Numbered from the stretch's first letter, positions 25,203-39,671 are shown. The stretch is DNA of 64,000 nucleotides from Eledone cirrhosa (GCA_964016885.1 OZ024741.1:71238001-71302000), one strand, 5' to 3'. Notes: generated by a model not told the origin, from the letters alone. Numbers and translations: made by a program.

Positions 25203-25459
25203 CATCATCATCATCAACGTTTAACGTCCGTGTTCCACGCTTGCATGGGTTTGGACGGGGGTAGTCCCACTTGAGGCAAGAGTGATTGTCTTGCTCGCAT
25301 AGGACTGTCTGGCAGGTTTTCTACAGTTGGATGCCCTTCCTAACACCAACCACATTTACAGTGTGGGTCTGGGAGGTTTTTACCGTGTTGCCTACACGGC
25401 CACATTACAGCGTGGACTGTGTGTTTTTTTGTCGTGACACTTACACAATCTCATTTGTT

Positions 25460-25462
<3 letters not shown>
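25203..25462 (-). mobile_element. RTE LINE 3' UTR fragment with (GAT)n tail
   Basis: Reverse complement of 28035-28400; also matches 54080-54185. Confidence 0.8.
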
Positions 25463-25525
<63 letters not shown>

Positions 25526-25615
25526 GGTGGGTGGGTGTATGTATGTATATATATATATGGAATACTGTTGGCTTTTCGCTACAATGTTTTCTATACCTTT
25601 CATTTATATATATAT

Positions 25616-25821
25616 ATCATCATCATCATCATTTTACATCCGCTTTTCCCTGCTTGCAAGGGTGGGACGGGTCTTATTCAGCACAGCATCTCTCCACTCG
25701 TCACGGTCCCTCGTCATCTCCGCCGTGAGCTTCAATGATCTGAGGTCTGTTCTCACCACCTCCGCCCATGTTTTTCGTGGTCTACCTCTACCACGTCTTC
25801 CTTCAACTGGCATTTCCTGGC

Positions 25822-25826
<5 letters not shown>
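25616..25826 (-). mobile_element. RTE LINE 3' end (second family)
   Basis: KCQEMPVEGRRGRGRPRKTWAEVVRTDLRSLKLTAEMTRDRDEWRDAVLNKTRP plus (gat)n tail; same family as 38630-38910. Confidence 0.85.
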
Positions 25827-25860
<34 letters not shown>

Positions 25861-25861
<1 letters not shown>

Positions 25862-26178
25862 GATAAATCCACCAATTAATGGTAGGGTCTAAACCGTATG
25901 AAGAACTCAATGTAATCCGTATGTAGATGTCGTGAAGCAAAGTTTAAAATACAAAATTTCAATTCATTGGATAGGGTCAGAAGTACAAATAGTAAAACAA
26001 TGAAATTAAACAAAAAACGGTTAATTCATAGTACAACTCATTATTTTACGATTGTTTTTTTTTTTTTGGGGGGGGGGGGGGGGTACAAGGAACAAATCCC
26101 CCCCCCCCCCCAGAAACGATCGTAAAATAATGATTTGTACTATGAATTAACCGTCTTTTGTTTAATTTCATTGTTTTT
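25861..26178. mobile_element. Penelope-like element (subfamily 1) as an inverted repeat retaining only the hammerhead 3' halves
   Basis: Arms 25994-~26060 and ~26110-26177 are reverse complements; GAAACGATCGTAaaataatg at 26113-26132; centre is G-run/C-run; 5' segment homologous to 529-578. Confidence 0.7.
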
Positions 26179-26532
26179 GTATATATATATATATATTAGA
26201 ATGTGTGGTTGAAAATACCACAGCAGACAGTATTCAAAACATTCAAACATTAACTGAATAAGCACTCAATACTTGTGGGCTGAGTGTAGATTTTATTTTC
26301 TAAATAGTAAAATGACAGTGGCTTCAAAGCACTTCATTTTGTTCGCTTTATTTCACCAACTAGCCTAACTAGCTTTTAGAATGAAATCGGTTGTATGGTC
26401 GTGAAGTCTGTAATACTAGAATAGAGCAAGTTGTTTCTACTATAGTAGTAGGTCACCGCCTTGCTATATGTAAGTACCTGCTGTATCATATATACACCCA
26501 GAGTATAAAAGAGAACGTATGGAAGGGAGAGG

Positions 26533-26631
<99 letters not shown>

Positions 26632-26771
26632 AAAGTTCTATTTAAATTGTTGGGATACAACAAGCAAATATTTTTATAACTGATATAAAGCACTCAACAA
26701 TTATTTGAGTAAACATACGATATTAACAAATGGAAACTATATTTATGAAACTATATTTATAAAACCATATT

Positions 26772-26836
26772 TATTTCATTATACATATTTCAAGGACACC
26801 AAGTTAAATTATGGTGTGCTTTCATCAGACAAAATA
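26772..26836 (-). ncRNA. Minimal type-I hammerhead ribozyme motif
   Basis: Exact reverse complement of 26983-27047. Confidence 0.78.
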
Positions 26837-26982
26837 TAATATAGATCAGTTTTATAAATAAATATTGACATACCCTTAAAAAATGCAACCATTACTGTTT
26901 GAAGCTCCCGGGAGCTTCCATCAGTAATGGTTGCATTTTTTAAGGGTATGTCAATATTTATTTATAAAACTGATCTATATTA

Positions 26983-27047
26983 TATTTTGTCTGATGAAAG
27001 CACACCATAATTTAACTTGGTGTCCTTGAAATATGTATAATGAAATA
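26983..27047 (+). ncRNA. Minimal type-I hammerhead ribozyme motif
   Basis: tattttgt CTGATGA aagcacacca-taatttaact-tggtgtcctt GAAA tatgta TA atgaaata; stem I has two G.U pairs; predicted cut after 27039 (AUA). Confidence 0.78.
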
Positions 27048-27087
27048 AATATGGTTTTATAAATATAGTTTCCATTTGTTAATATTG

Positions 27088-27766
<679 letters not shown>

Positions 27767-28406
27767 TGGTAGCCACTGTGTAGGCAGACCCAGGAAAACC
27801 TGGGACGAGCTGATAAATTCCGACCTTACACACTTACACCTCTCCAAGACAATGTCACTGGACCGAGACCTTTGGCGGTACTCAGTAACAGAGAAGACCC
27901 GCCTTACCTAAATACAAAGTAAAACCTACTAGTCAGTAGTCATCTCTAACAAAATACACCCCCATCCCACCCCATCCACACCGCCCCCTTCAATGTAAAG
28001 TTATGTTGGTGCCACAACATCCAGGCCGAAACAAACGAGATCGTGTAGGTGTCACGACAAAAAAAACACACAGTCCACGCTGTAACGTGACAGTGTAGGC
28101 AACACAGTAAAAACCTCCCAGTTCCACACTGTAAATGTGGTTGGTGTTAGGAAGGGCATCCATCTGTAGAAAACACGCCAGACAGTCCACGCTGTAATGT
28201 GGCCGTGTAGGCAACACGGTAAAAACCTCCCAGCCCCACACTGTAAATGTGGTTGGTGTTAGGAAGGGCATCCAGTTGTAGAAAACCCGCCAGACAGTCC
28301 TTATGCGAGCAAGAACCACGCTGGCCTCAAGTGGGATCAAACCCAGGCAATCCATGGAACAGCGGGTATGGGACGGGTTTACGTGGATGAGGTGGAGGAT
28401 GATGAT
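27767..28406 (+). mobile_element. Heavily 5'-truncated RTE LINE (same family as 54080-55907) with complete 3' UTR
   Basis: [42 protein letters not shown] identical to the C-terminus of ORF 54309; UTR has an internal ~91-bp duplication; ends gatgatgat. Confidence 0.92.
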
Positions 28407-30250
<1,844 letters not shown>

Positions 30251-30328
30251 CAAGGTGTCCCCAAAAAATGTATACATACTTCAACAGCATCCTAATCAAA
30301 GTATGTATACATTTTTGGGACACCCTGT
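30251..30328. mobile_element. Tc1/mariner-type MITE
   Basis: TIRs caaggtgtccccaaaaaatgtatacatactt / aagtatgtatacatttttgggacaccctg in a TA context; related copy at 55921. Confidence 0.8.
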
Positions 30329-30539
30329 ATATATTTATTGTTATACTTTGTGGAGAGGTCATGCTAAACTGAATGGATGTTTTAAATACTAATGTACATA
30401 AAACATGAAGTGAATGAGCACGCAATATATATATGAACAGAATTTGCAAGATTTATTTTCTGAAGAAAAAAGTGGCAATTACTTCAAAGAAAAAAGAAGG
30501 CATGAGAAAGAACCAAACAATTTTTCTTTTAGGCAGAAA

Positions 30540-30932
30540 TAATTGTTGCTAATGTTGGCGCAAGGCCAGTAATTTGGGGGAGGGGAAAGTCGATTAAATT
30601 GACCCCAGTGTGTTACTGGTGCTTTATTTTATCGACCTCGTAAGGATGAAAGACAAAGCTAACCACGGTGGGATTTAAACTCAGAATGTAAAGGGCCACA
30701 ACTATATGCTACCAATCCACTGCCCATTTGAAGACAGAAATAATTGTTTCTACTATTGGCAAAAGGCCAGCAATTACCCAGTACATTACTGGTACTTTAT
30801 TTTATCGACCACGTAAGGATGAAAGGCAAAGTTAACCTCGGCGGGATTTGAACTCAGAATGGCAAGGGCTGTAACTCTATGCGTCAAAAGCATGGTGTCC
30901 GACCCTCTACCGATACTGCCAATACACCGCCC
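30540..30932 (-). mobile_element. Two tandem SINE family B copies
   Basis: Two tatcgacc..gtaaggatgaaag cores, each ending at tgccaat(c/a)cac. Confidence 0.85.
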
Positions 30933-31289
30933 TCAGAAATAATGAGAAGACAAAACCTTGTTTTAGAATATATGATAGCAGATGTTTTTGATTTGAAGGA
31001 GAATTGACTGTTACTTCTAACAATTCAAACAACTACATAGATAGACATGTTTGTTGATTTGACTCAGTCACAGGTCACAGACAGAAAATGAAGAGAGCTT
31101 CATGTGGTCAGTCAACCTGCTTGAAATAATTCAAACCATGCTGTTTTAACCTTTCTGAGACAGAATTTCTATTTGAAAATAATCAAGAATTTCTAATGTT
31201 TTAGTACAAGTAAAGGTTGTTTAACAATTTTGATACCACCCAAGTATTTGTATTAGGATAAATGGTGCTAAGTTGAAACCATTCAATGT

Positions 31290-32180
31290 GGGTGTTAGAC
31301 TCTGCCAGAGGTGTATACTGTCATCTCTCCTGTTCATAATCTTCATGAACAGGATTGACATGCCCATGTAGGTTGAAAGTGGTATCTACTGGAATTTGCA
31401 GATGACATAGTGCTACTTAACTTGTCAGGTGATCTCTGACATGCACTTGATAGGTTTGATGCCAAGTGCTGCACACCAGGAATGAATATCAGTGCTGTGA
31501 AGACTGAGACACTCATCCTCTCAAGGAAGCTTACACAGTGCACTCTACATGTGAATGTAGTTCCACTGAAGCAAGCATAAATGTTCAAGTATATGGTGGT
31601 TGTTTTCACACGTGATGGAAAGCAGAAGGCTGAATTAAGTGCATGAATCGCCGGAGCTGGTGCAGTAATGTGCCAGCTTCAGCATTCCATCATCTGATGA
31701 AGGGAGGTAAGGGTAAAAGCCAAACTCGCTATCTTCAATTCGGTATTTGTGCCAATCTTTACCTATTGTCATGAATCTTTGGTAACGGCTGAAAAAAATG
31801 GTCGCGAATACAAGCGCTTGAAATGGGGTTCTTCTGAAGAGTCTTTGGAGTAACATTACTTGATAGAGTGTGTAGCTTGGAAATCGAAGAGTCCCTCCGA
31901 GTAGAGCCACTACTTTTCTGAATTGAGAAATCACAGCTCCAATACTACAAACATGTTGTCAGAATGTCTAACAAAAGAATCACGGGACAGATTTTATGGG
32001 CAAAACCAACAGGCAGAAGATCCAAGGGTAGACCCTGAGCAATATGGTTGGAAAACATCCATGAGCTCACTGGGTCTTGTTTGGGAATTCAGCTAAATCA
32101 ATTGGAGACAGTAGCTTCTGGAAGGCATGCTTGAGGACATTGCCCCCATGACCCTAACAGGAATAAGTGGGTAAAGAAGA
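31290..32180 (+). mobile_element. Decayed RTE-like LINE 3' portion
   Basis: LEFADDIVLL, GMNISAVKTETL, FKYMVVVF, AKLAIFNSVFVPIFTYCHESLV, LRIEKSQL..HVVRM, KPTGRRSKGRP; stops present. Confidence 0.8.
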
Positions 32181-32304
32181 TACCAGCCTGACAAAAACTG
32201 ACTCTGGTTCAAAGCAACAAAGCCCCCACCCCCTCTAAAGAATTGTTATTTAAATTAAAATCTCCCAAGCAGTAAACGCCTATTTTTTTAAATTTAAATT
32301 TTGT

Positions 32305-32406
<102 letters not shown>

Positions 32407-32964
32407 CAATGGTGGTGCTGAGATTTTTTTAACCTATGCTTGTAAAAAATACTATTTTTAACCTATGCTTGTAAAAAATACTATTTATCCTTAAATTATA
32501 AATGAGTAAAATATTCTAACAGTTTTTTTATAGTCATTTAATTGTTAATTTTATATGCAATTAAGTACTATATATAAAACATAAATAAAACCCTTAAAAT
32601 GCCATATTGATCTTTAATACTTGGTGGTTGTTTCTGATTAAACCACAGAATTTCCATAGAATCAGCTAGCTACTTTTTAGTTACACTGTTGAAAGAAGAT
32701 GGCGAAAGAGAGAGCAGTAGTGGTGATAGTGTTGATGTTGCCAAAAATGTTTTAAACCTACAAGTCTTTATGAAAAGGAAATGGTGAGGGGAAAGAGAGA
32801 GAACTAAAATAGAAATTACTTTTATGAATGATATTGTTTGTACCCAAATCATGAGTAAAATATTGTTTTAGTTGTTTCAATCATTTGTTAAATTTATTAG
32901 ATTTTGTTGTGTTGTATATATACAATTCTGTAATGTGTATATTATTTGTGTGTATATAACGACA

Positions 32965-33437
32965 AGCTCCCAGCCAACACTGTAAAGTGGTTGTGTAGGT
33001 GTCATGACAAAAAGTACCCAGCCAACACTGTAAAGTGGTTGTGTAGGTGTCGTGACAAAAAGCCTTCAGCCAACACTGTAAAGTGGTTGTGTAGGTGTAA
33101 CAACAAAAAGCCCCCAGCCAACACTGTAAAGTGGTTGTGTATGTGTAACAACAAAAAGCACCCAATCCACACTGTAAAGTGGTTGTGTAGGTGTCACAAC
33201 AAAAAGCACCCAGTCCACACTGTAAAGTGGTTGTGTAGGCATCATGAAAAAAAGCACCAAGTACTCACTGTAAATGAGGTTGGTGTTAAGAAGGGCATCC
33301 AACTGTAGAAACCAAACCAAAATCAGTTCTGTATGAGCAAGGCATAGTCACCTGACCTAGCATTGCCCACAACAGGACAACTCATCTAACCCATGCTAGT
33401 GTGGATAATAGATGTTAAACAATGATGATGATGATGA
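32965..33437 (+). mobile_element. RTE-3'UTR-type element with 6-7 tandem 46-bp modules
   Basis: ccagccaacactgtaaagtggttgtgtaggtgtcatgacaaaaagta repeated; downstream tail is the reverse complement of the 20233-20400 RTE UTR and ends (gat)n. Confidence 0.85.
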
Positions 33438-33652
33438 CTTATAAATAAAACATTTAAAATGTTATATAGATTTTAATACTTAGTGGTTGTTTTTAATTAA
33501 ACCATGGAATTTTCACATGGTCAAATAGTAATTAATAATCCCTCATAATTCTTCATAAATTAATAGAAATAGGGTGTATTTCATTAGAAATATGGTCATG
33601 AAAGGGTTAATAGTTTTAGTAAATCCATTATAATTCTTCATTAATTAATTGA

Positions 33653-33837
33653 ATGGATTGGCAGTATCGGTAGAGGGTCGGACGCCATGCTTTCCAGCAT
33701 AGTTATGTCCCTTTACGATCTGAGTTCAAATCCCGCCGAGGTTGACTTTGCCTTTCATCCTTACGGGGTCGATAAAATAAAGTACCAGTAATGCACTGGG
33801 TAATTTGCTGGCCTTGTGCCTAAAGTAGAAACAATTA
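33653..33837 (+). mobile_element. SINE family B, young full copy
   Basis: tggattggcagtatcggtagaggg head, gagttcaaatccc B box, core, and agtagaaacaatta tail. Confidence 0.9.
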
Positions 33838-34017
33838 ATTAATTGAAAGTGTGTATTTCATTTAAAATACAGATACAAAAGAGTTAATGTGTAACACTGA
33901 AATATGTTATAACAAGCAGAATAACATTACAGATTACCTCAGACACAAGAATACAAATTTTGATGAGAAGCAATATAATTGATCATATCAGCCCTCAGGT
34001 GTGGTGGAGTGGTAAGA

Positions 34018-34385
34018 AGATTGGCAGAATTGTTAGAGTATTAAATAAAATGCTTTGCAAATATTTAGTTATAGCACTTCATGTTCTGAGTTCAAATCTC
34101 ACAGAGGTTAACTTTGCCTTTCATTTTTTCGGGGTCAATAAATTAAAGTACAAGTCACGTACAGGGGTCGTTGTAATTGACTTTCCCTCCCACAGATTGT
34201 TGGCCTTGTGTGTAAATTAAAAATCATTAAGGGTATTGATACTATCAGTACTATTAGGTATAGATACTATCAGTAGAGCATTGGACAAAATGCTTTACAG
34301 TATTTAATTATGATTTTTTTACATTCTAAGTTCAAATCCCACCGAGATCAACTTTGCTTTTCACCCTTCCATGATCGATAAAATT
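34018..34385 (+). mobile_element. Two degenerate SINE family B copies
   Basis: gttcaaatc...aactttgc...gtcaataa/gatcgataa cores. Confidence 0.65.
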
Positions 34386-35132
34386 TGGAGCATAACTTAA
34401 CAAAGCTTCTTACATAAAATTATGATGAAGGTTTTTGGATTAGCCTAAAAAAAATTTTATAAAAAAGGGTGGTTTCAGGTGGTTTGATATCAGAATTTAT
34501 CTTATGATGACCTGACAAGGAAGAGACGTTTAAAATAGGAGAAAAGTTCTGTTATGAAAGAAAAGAAAAACAGTACATAACTGTTGTGTTAGTTCAAATC
34601 TTGCTGGTTTTGAGTTAACTTTCATCTTTACAGTACATATACCAGTAATATACTGTCGTTGATTTGGTCAACAATAGGCTTTGAAGAAACCAATATCACA
34701 TATTGTTTTATAACACTAAGTGTAGGGTGTGTTGAGTGAGAATGCTTGTTGAGTAAATAGAAGAGAAAGAAAGAATGAAAGAAAAGGGGGTAAGATAAAA
34801 GAAAGAAAATAAATAATGATAGAAAGAAAGAAAAAGTAAAAATGAAAGGAAAACAGAGAGGAAGAGAAGAAGGAGGAAAGAGAAGAAGGAAGCAAGAGAG
34901 AAGGAAAGAAAAGAAGGAAAAAGAAGAGAGGGAGAGAGGTGAGGAGTGAGGATGAAGGGATGTGGAGACATTGATGAGATTTTCCGGTCTATTCCATTGA
35001 AACTGGTCGTTATGTCAATTAGGAAGATAAAAGGAATGGAAAATGTGTTTAGAAAACTAGTGGAAAGTGTGTGTAACTCTTGATGTATGTAAATGTGCAT
35101 ACATATGTATAAATCTAGTCGGATATGTGTTA

Positions 35133-35482
35133 TATCATCATCATCATCATCATTTCATTTTACGTCCGCTTTTTCCCTGCTTACAAGGGTGGGACGGGAA
35201 CTGATTCTGGCTTGATTTCTACAGCTGGATGCCCTTCCTAACACCAACCTCATTTACAGTGGGTGCTGGGTGATTTTTTTCCGTTGCGCCTACACGACCA
35301 CTTTGCAGTGGAATGATATGGACTCCAGTCCCTATCATCTCATTTCTACAGCTGAGTAAACTGGAGCAATGTGAAATAAAGTGTCTGGCTCAAGGAAACA
35401 ACACATCACCCGGTCTGAGAATTGAACTCACAACCTTTCGATTGCAAGGCCAATGCTCTAACCACTAAGCCATGTGCCTCCA
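35133..35482 (-). mobile_element. CORE-SINE head joined to an RTE-type 3' tail
   Basis: Minus strand: aggcacatggcttagtggttagagc head and core, then cactgtaaatgaggttggtgttaggaagggcatcc...cccgtcccacccttg...gcggacgtaaaa(tga)n. Confidence 0.75.
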
Positions 35483-35582
35483 TGTATATATATCTATACA
35501 TGAATATGTGTTAATATATGTGCATGAATCATGATATGTGTGTATGTGTGTTTTTCTTATATATATATGTATGTGTGTGTAA

Positions 35583-35850
35583 AGACGCGTGGCTTTGTGG
35601 TTAGGGTATTCGTCTCACAATCGTAAGATCGTGTGTTGGATTTCCAGCAGCGCGTTGTGTCCTTGAGCAAGACACTTTATTTCACGTTACTCAGCTGGCA
35701 AACATGAATTGTACCTGTAATTCGGAGGGCCAGCCTTGTCACATTCTGTGTCACGCTGAATCTCCCTGAGAACTACGTCATATACGTGTAAATAAAACAA
35801 TGTTGATGTCCAACCCATGCAAGCATAGAAAATAGATGAAAATTGGTGAT
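35583..35850 (+). mobile_element. CORE-type SINE (family A)
   Basis: gcgtggctttgtggttaggg head, gttgtgtccttgagcaagacactttatttcacg core. Confidence 0.8.
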
Positions 35851-36755
35851 ATACTATATATAAATATACACACACATATTCTAGTGCTAAAGCAACATCT
35901 TAAAGATAGTGTTTGGCTATAACAAGCTTTTTAAATATTGAAATATTATGATAGGACCTGGGCCCCTATCATTGAAACACCTGAGAAACCTTCTATGAGA
36001 TTTAGCCTTGTAGGAAAAGAGCAGCTAAACCTATAAGTGGTTTTATATCCAATGACTTAACAATTATCAAGATTGTAAAAAAAACTAGTTAAGGAATTCA
36101 CCATGCAATCATTAATTCCAGGGTTAGATCCGATCCCACTGAGAGGCATCATGGGTAAGTATCATTTACCTTAGCTTCATGTCAACCCATGCCTTGTGAG
36201 TGAAATTGGATAAATAGAAACTGTGACAAGCTTCCAAGATATATTAACCATATATATAAAGAGGTTGGTGATAGGACAGGCATCCAGCCATAGAAAACCT
36301 GCCAAACAAGGAGTCAAGAAGACCCTTCAGAAATTCCAAAGAAGTGACAACTTCCCTAGGGTTGGTGCCACAATAAAATGCACTCAGTAGAGTATGAGAT
36401 CGTATGTCAGTCCCCTGCCCACCTTGAGATCAGAGGTTCCACTTGAGTACTGACTGGTCTGTGACGATATATCCCATCCTTGCAAGAAGGGAAAATGGAT
36501 GTTGAACACTGATAAGGATGAAGATGTTGATAAATAATATATATATGGAGTGTCGGTGGTAAGAAGACCAGAAATCAATGTAGTACTCAATGCATGAATC
36601 CTAATAGTGAGCCCAACTGTTTCAACAAATATTTTCAAGGGAATGATTACTTGAAAATACTTGTGAAAACGAAGTTGATACAGTTGAGCTCATAGTTGGG
36701 CTTTGACCTCTTTACTGTATATGTATCTAATCTATTCTAAAAACAGGGATATGCA

Positions 36756-37176
36756 CAGGGCTGGTGCCTGGGTATTTAACACCTTAGATCAGCCATACAA
36801 TGTGAGGTCTCCCTTTCTCCCTGTGATGTGCTCCATTTTCCCAGTAATGTACTTTTTTCTCACAAATAAAATAATTTCAACTTACAATTTGGGAAGGTGA
36901 TAAACCTAGTTTTTGACATTTCTTGATCTGCATTTTCTACTACACAGTCAACATTCACCTATACCAAATCATGCCACATATAACACCATACAGCCCTCTT
37001 CCCTTCTTTGGATATTTCCACAATGCTGCTACATGGCAAAGATGTTTAATAATTTAAAGGAAATTATTCTATATTTGTGTTAATCATACAAATTTATATA
37101 AAACTGTTATCCATTAAGGTTCAGTAATGCCCCCAAGGTGGCTGCCTAGTTGGCCTTAATCGTAGTGCCAGCCCTG
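36756..37176. mobile_element. Possible old hAT-like non-autonomous element
   Basis: Short imperfect TIRs cagggctggtgc / gtgccagccctg; no convincing 8-bp TSD. Confidence 0.3.
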
Positions 37177-38629
37177 AATACATGCTGTTAATCTTCTCAA
37201 TACCATCCCTACAGATGGATCAACTAGAAGAAAAGAGAGTCTTTTGAATATAATGTTGTAGTTGTCAATTATTAATATGTCTAATCTATTGTGGTATTAT
37301 AATTGTATAACAGAGAGTTGTTTTCATTTCAAGATGAAGAAACCAGCTGTCCAATCTGTTTATGTCCTTAGGAATAAGAAAAGAAAATGGCAGAACTTCC
37401 GTGTCAAAATCTTTTCCACGTGTTATAGCCACCTCTTACAATACTCAGGGATCAGGGATATGGTGTACCTATCCTAATGGAGGTTAAACAAAAACACACA
37501 TGAACACAAAAGTATACCTATGTGTGTGTGTGTGTGTGTGTAATATATAGAGATGGGGAGAGGGAAAGAAGGGGGATAGAGAGGAGAAAAGAGAGGGAGA
37601 GAAGAGAGATAGAGAGGGGGAGAGAGAGACATATGTATAAAACTCAAAGTTTTTTTGTCATGAAACAACATTGAGATTTCTCAACAAATCGTCACAATAT
37701 TTGATATGAAGATTAAGATGCCTGGTGGTGCTATTAAGTTAGACATGGCCTGGGCCAATACTGACCAAAACCTATCAAAGTTATCAAAAATATCGCAGAG
37801 TATTCCATTAAAAATGATTCAAATACAATATCCCAAACACAAGAAACAAAGAGTTTTTTTTATAAAAGTAGAAAGAATGAATGTTCCAAGGGAGTGGGAG
37901 AGAGAAGAAATATTATAATCTAAGCCTACTAAAAACTCAGATAGACCAGCAGCCTGTTTGCTTACATTACAATCCTATTGCACTGCTGAGTGCATTTGAT
38001 TGTGACACCAGTGCTAGGAGGTTTGTCATGTCTTTGATGCAGATGAAGAGTCCTCTTGACTCTTTGTTTGGCAGCTTTTCTACAGTTAACTAAACAAAAC
38101 AAAAACATGTGTAGATACAGAATGTGGGATATATTGTGTACAGAAGGTTGCACTGTTGAATGACAGTTCAATGTTAATAAATAGAAACTCTAGTAGAATC
38201 AGCCTAATTTTGTCATCACATGATCTCAAATAGTAACTCTATAATTGTGATTAATTATGAAATATAACTTATTACCTACAATCAATTATAATATGCATTG
38301 TTGTGTCACAAGACATAATTACATTGTAAATAATCAACAGCTGATTAATTAGTATTGACCACTAAGGCAAGCTTGATTAATTAGTAATTGGGCAATTTTA
38401 CTAGGTTTGGTTGTAGATAATGTACATCTGAATTCATATATGTGTGTGTGTGTGTGTGTGCGCGCACGCGCGCATACCAGTAATTGCAAGATAATGTATG
38501 TGTGATTCACCAAAACTGTGTGTGTATATCTGTTTATTGGTGTATATGTAAAGAACTCCATAAAGATTTCACTTATGTTTACCAAACCATGAAAAATCTC
38601 TATGCATTCTGCAACCAGGCAATACAAGG

Positions 38630-38910
38630 TAGTGTTGTGTGGGAGAGAAGACTGAAATAGTATGGACATGTGATGTGCATGGAGGATAACCGCTAGGTAA
38701 AGAAGTGCTAAGAAATCCAAGTAGAAGGAAGACACAGTAGAGGTAGACCACGAAAAACATGGGCGGAGGTGATGAGAGCAGACCTCAGATCGCAGAAGCT
38801 CACGGAGGAGATAACGAAGGACCGTGACAAGTGGAGAGATGTTGTGCTGAATAGGACCCGTCCCACCCTTGCCAGCAGGGAAAAGCGGACGTAAATTGAT
38901 GATGATGATA
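38630..38910 (+). mobile_element. RTE LINE 3' end
   Basis: RRLK*YGHVMCMED...KKC*EIQVEGRHSRGRPRKTWAEVMRADL; (gat)n tail. Confidence 0.85.
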
Positions 38911-39194
38911 TATATATATAAATACACATGAAATAAAAGTTGTGTGTGTGTGTGTATGTTTGGCAGTGGGGAATGAGGCTGAAACAACTGAAGATAGACA
39001 CCTCCCGCTTTGGTCAAGGCCACACTTTTTCAAGTTTCACTTGGAGAGAAAGGTGGGGCTAGAGTGAATGGTGTTCTCTCCCAGGGAATTTGTCAAAAGG
39101 TGTCAAAATATGGGAAGATGGTAAGAGTGATTTAGTCCATTCTCAGTATGCACCTATAGGTCAGACAATGATAGCTGGGCAATGACACTCACCC

Positions 39195-39214
39195 TTGGTG
39201 GTCAGGGTGATCAT

Positions 39215-39282
<68 letters not shown>

Positions 39283-39302
39283 ATGATCACCCTGACCACC
39301 AA
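39195..39302. repeat. Perfect palindrome: 23-bp unique arms around (TA)n
   Basis: ttggtggtcagggtgatcatgga-(TA)n-tccatgatcaccctgaccaccaa. Confidence 0.95.
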
Positions 39303-39317
39303 TATATATATATATGT

Positions 39318-39632
39318 AAAAGAAACCAAAGAACGCTTACATACTCAAACAGTTTTTTATTTGCTTACAATGTTACATCCATACCGTTTGGTAGGAATCC
39401 GCAGAGCTTAATAAACACAGTGCTGACTATAAGCTCCACCAAGCTTAATCACACGAACAATCGGAATACAATATATATATATCTTTTTTTTTCCGGGTAT
39501 GTCAATATTTATTTATAAAACAAATCTGTATTTTATCTGATGAAAGCGCACCATAATTTGCCTTGGTTGCCCTTGAAATATGTATAATAAAATAAATATG
39601 GTTTTATAAATATAGTTTCCATTTATTAATAT

Positions 39633-39637
<5 letters not shown>
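39318..39637 (+). mobile_element. Penelope-like element (subfamily 2) inside (TA)n
   Basis: 39490-39637 matches the reverse complement of 19488-19628; preceded by a ~150-bp unique extension. Confidence 0.78.
39529..39594 (+). ncRNA. Minimal type-I hammerhead ribozyme motif
   Basis: tattttat CTGATGA aagcgcacca...tggttgccctt GAAA tatgta TA ataaaata; predicted cut after 39586. Confidence 0.8.

Positions 39638-39671
<34 letters not shown>

Larger units (their letters stand above)
26630..27087. mobile_element. Penelope-like element (subfamily 2) as a near-perfect ~365-bp palindrome plus left extension
   Basis: Palindrome 26720-27085 centred on ccc|ggg (26909/26910); (TA)n on both sides. Confidence 0.85.

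Noticed and set aside
32965-33290. CRISPR-like regular repeats (also the 1241-3057 array)
   Set aside because: Contiguous tandem units without unique spacers; eukaryotic context; no cas genes.
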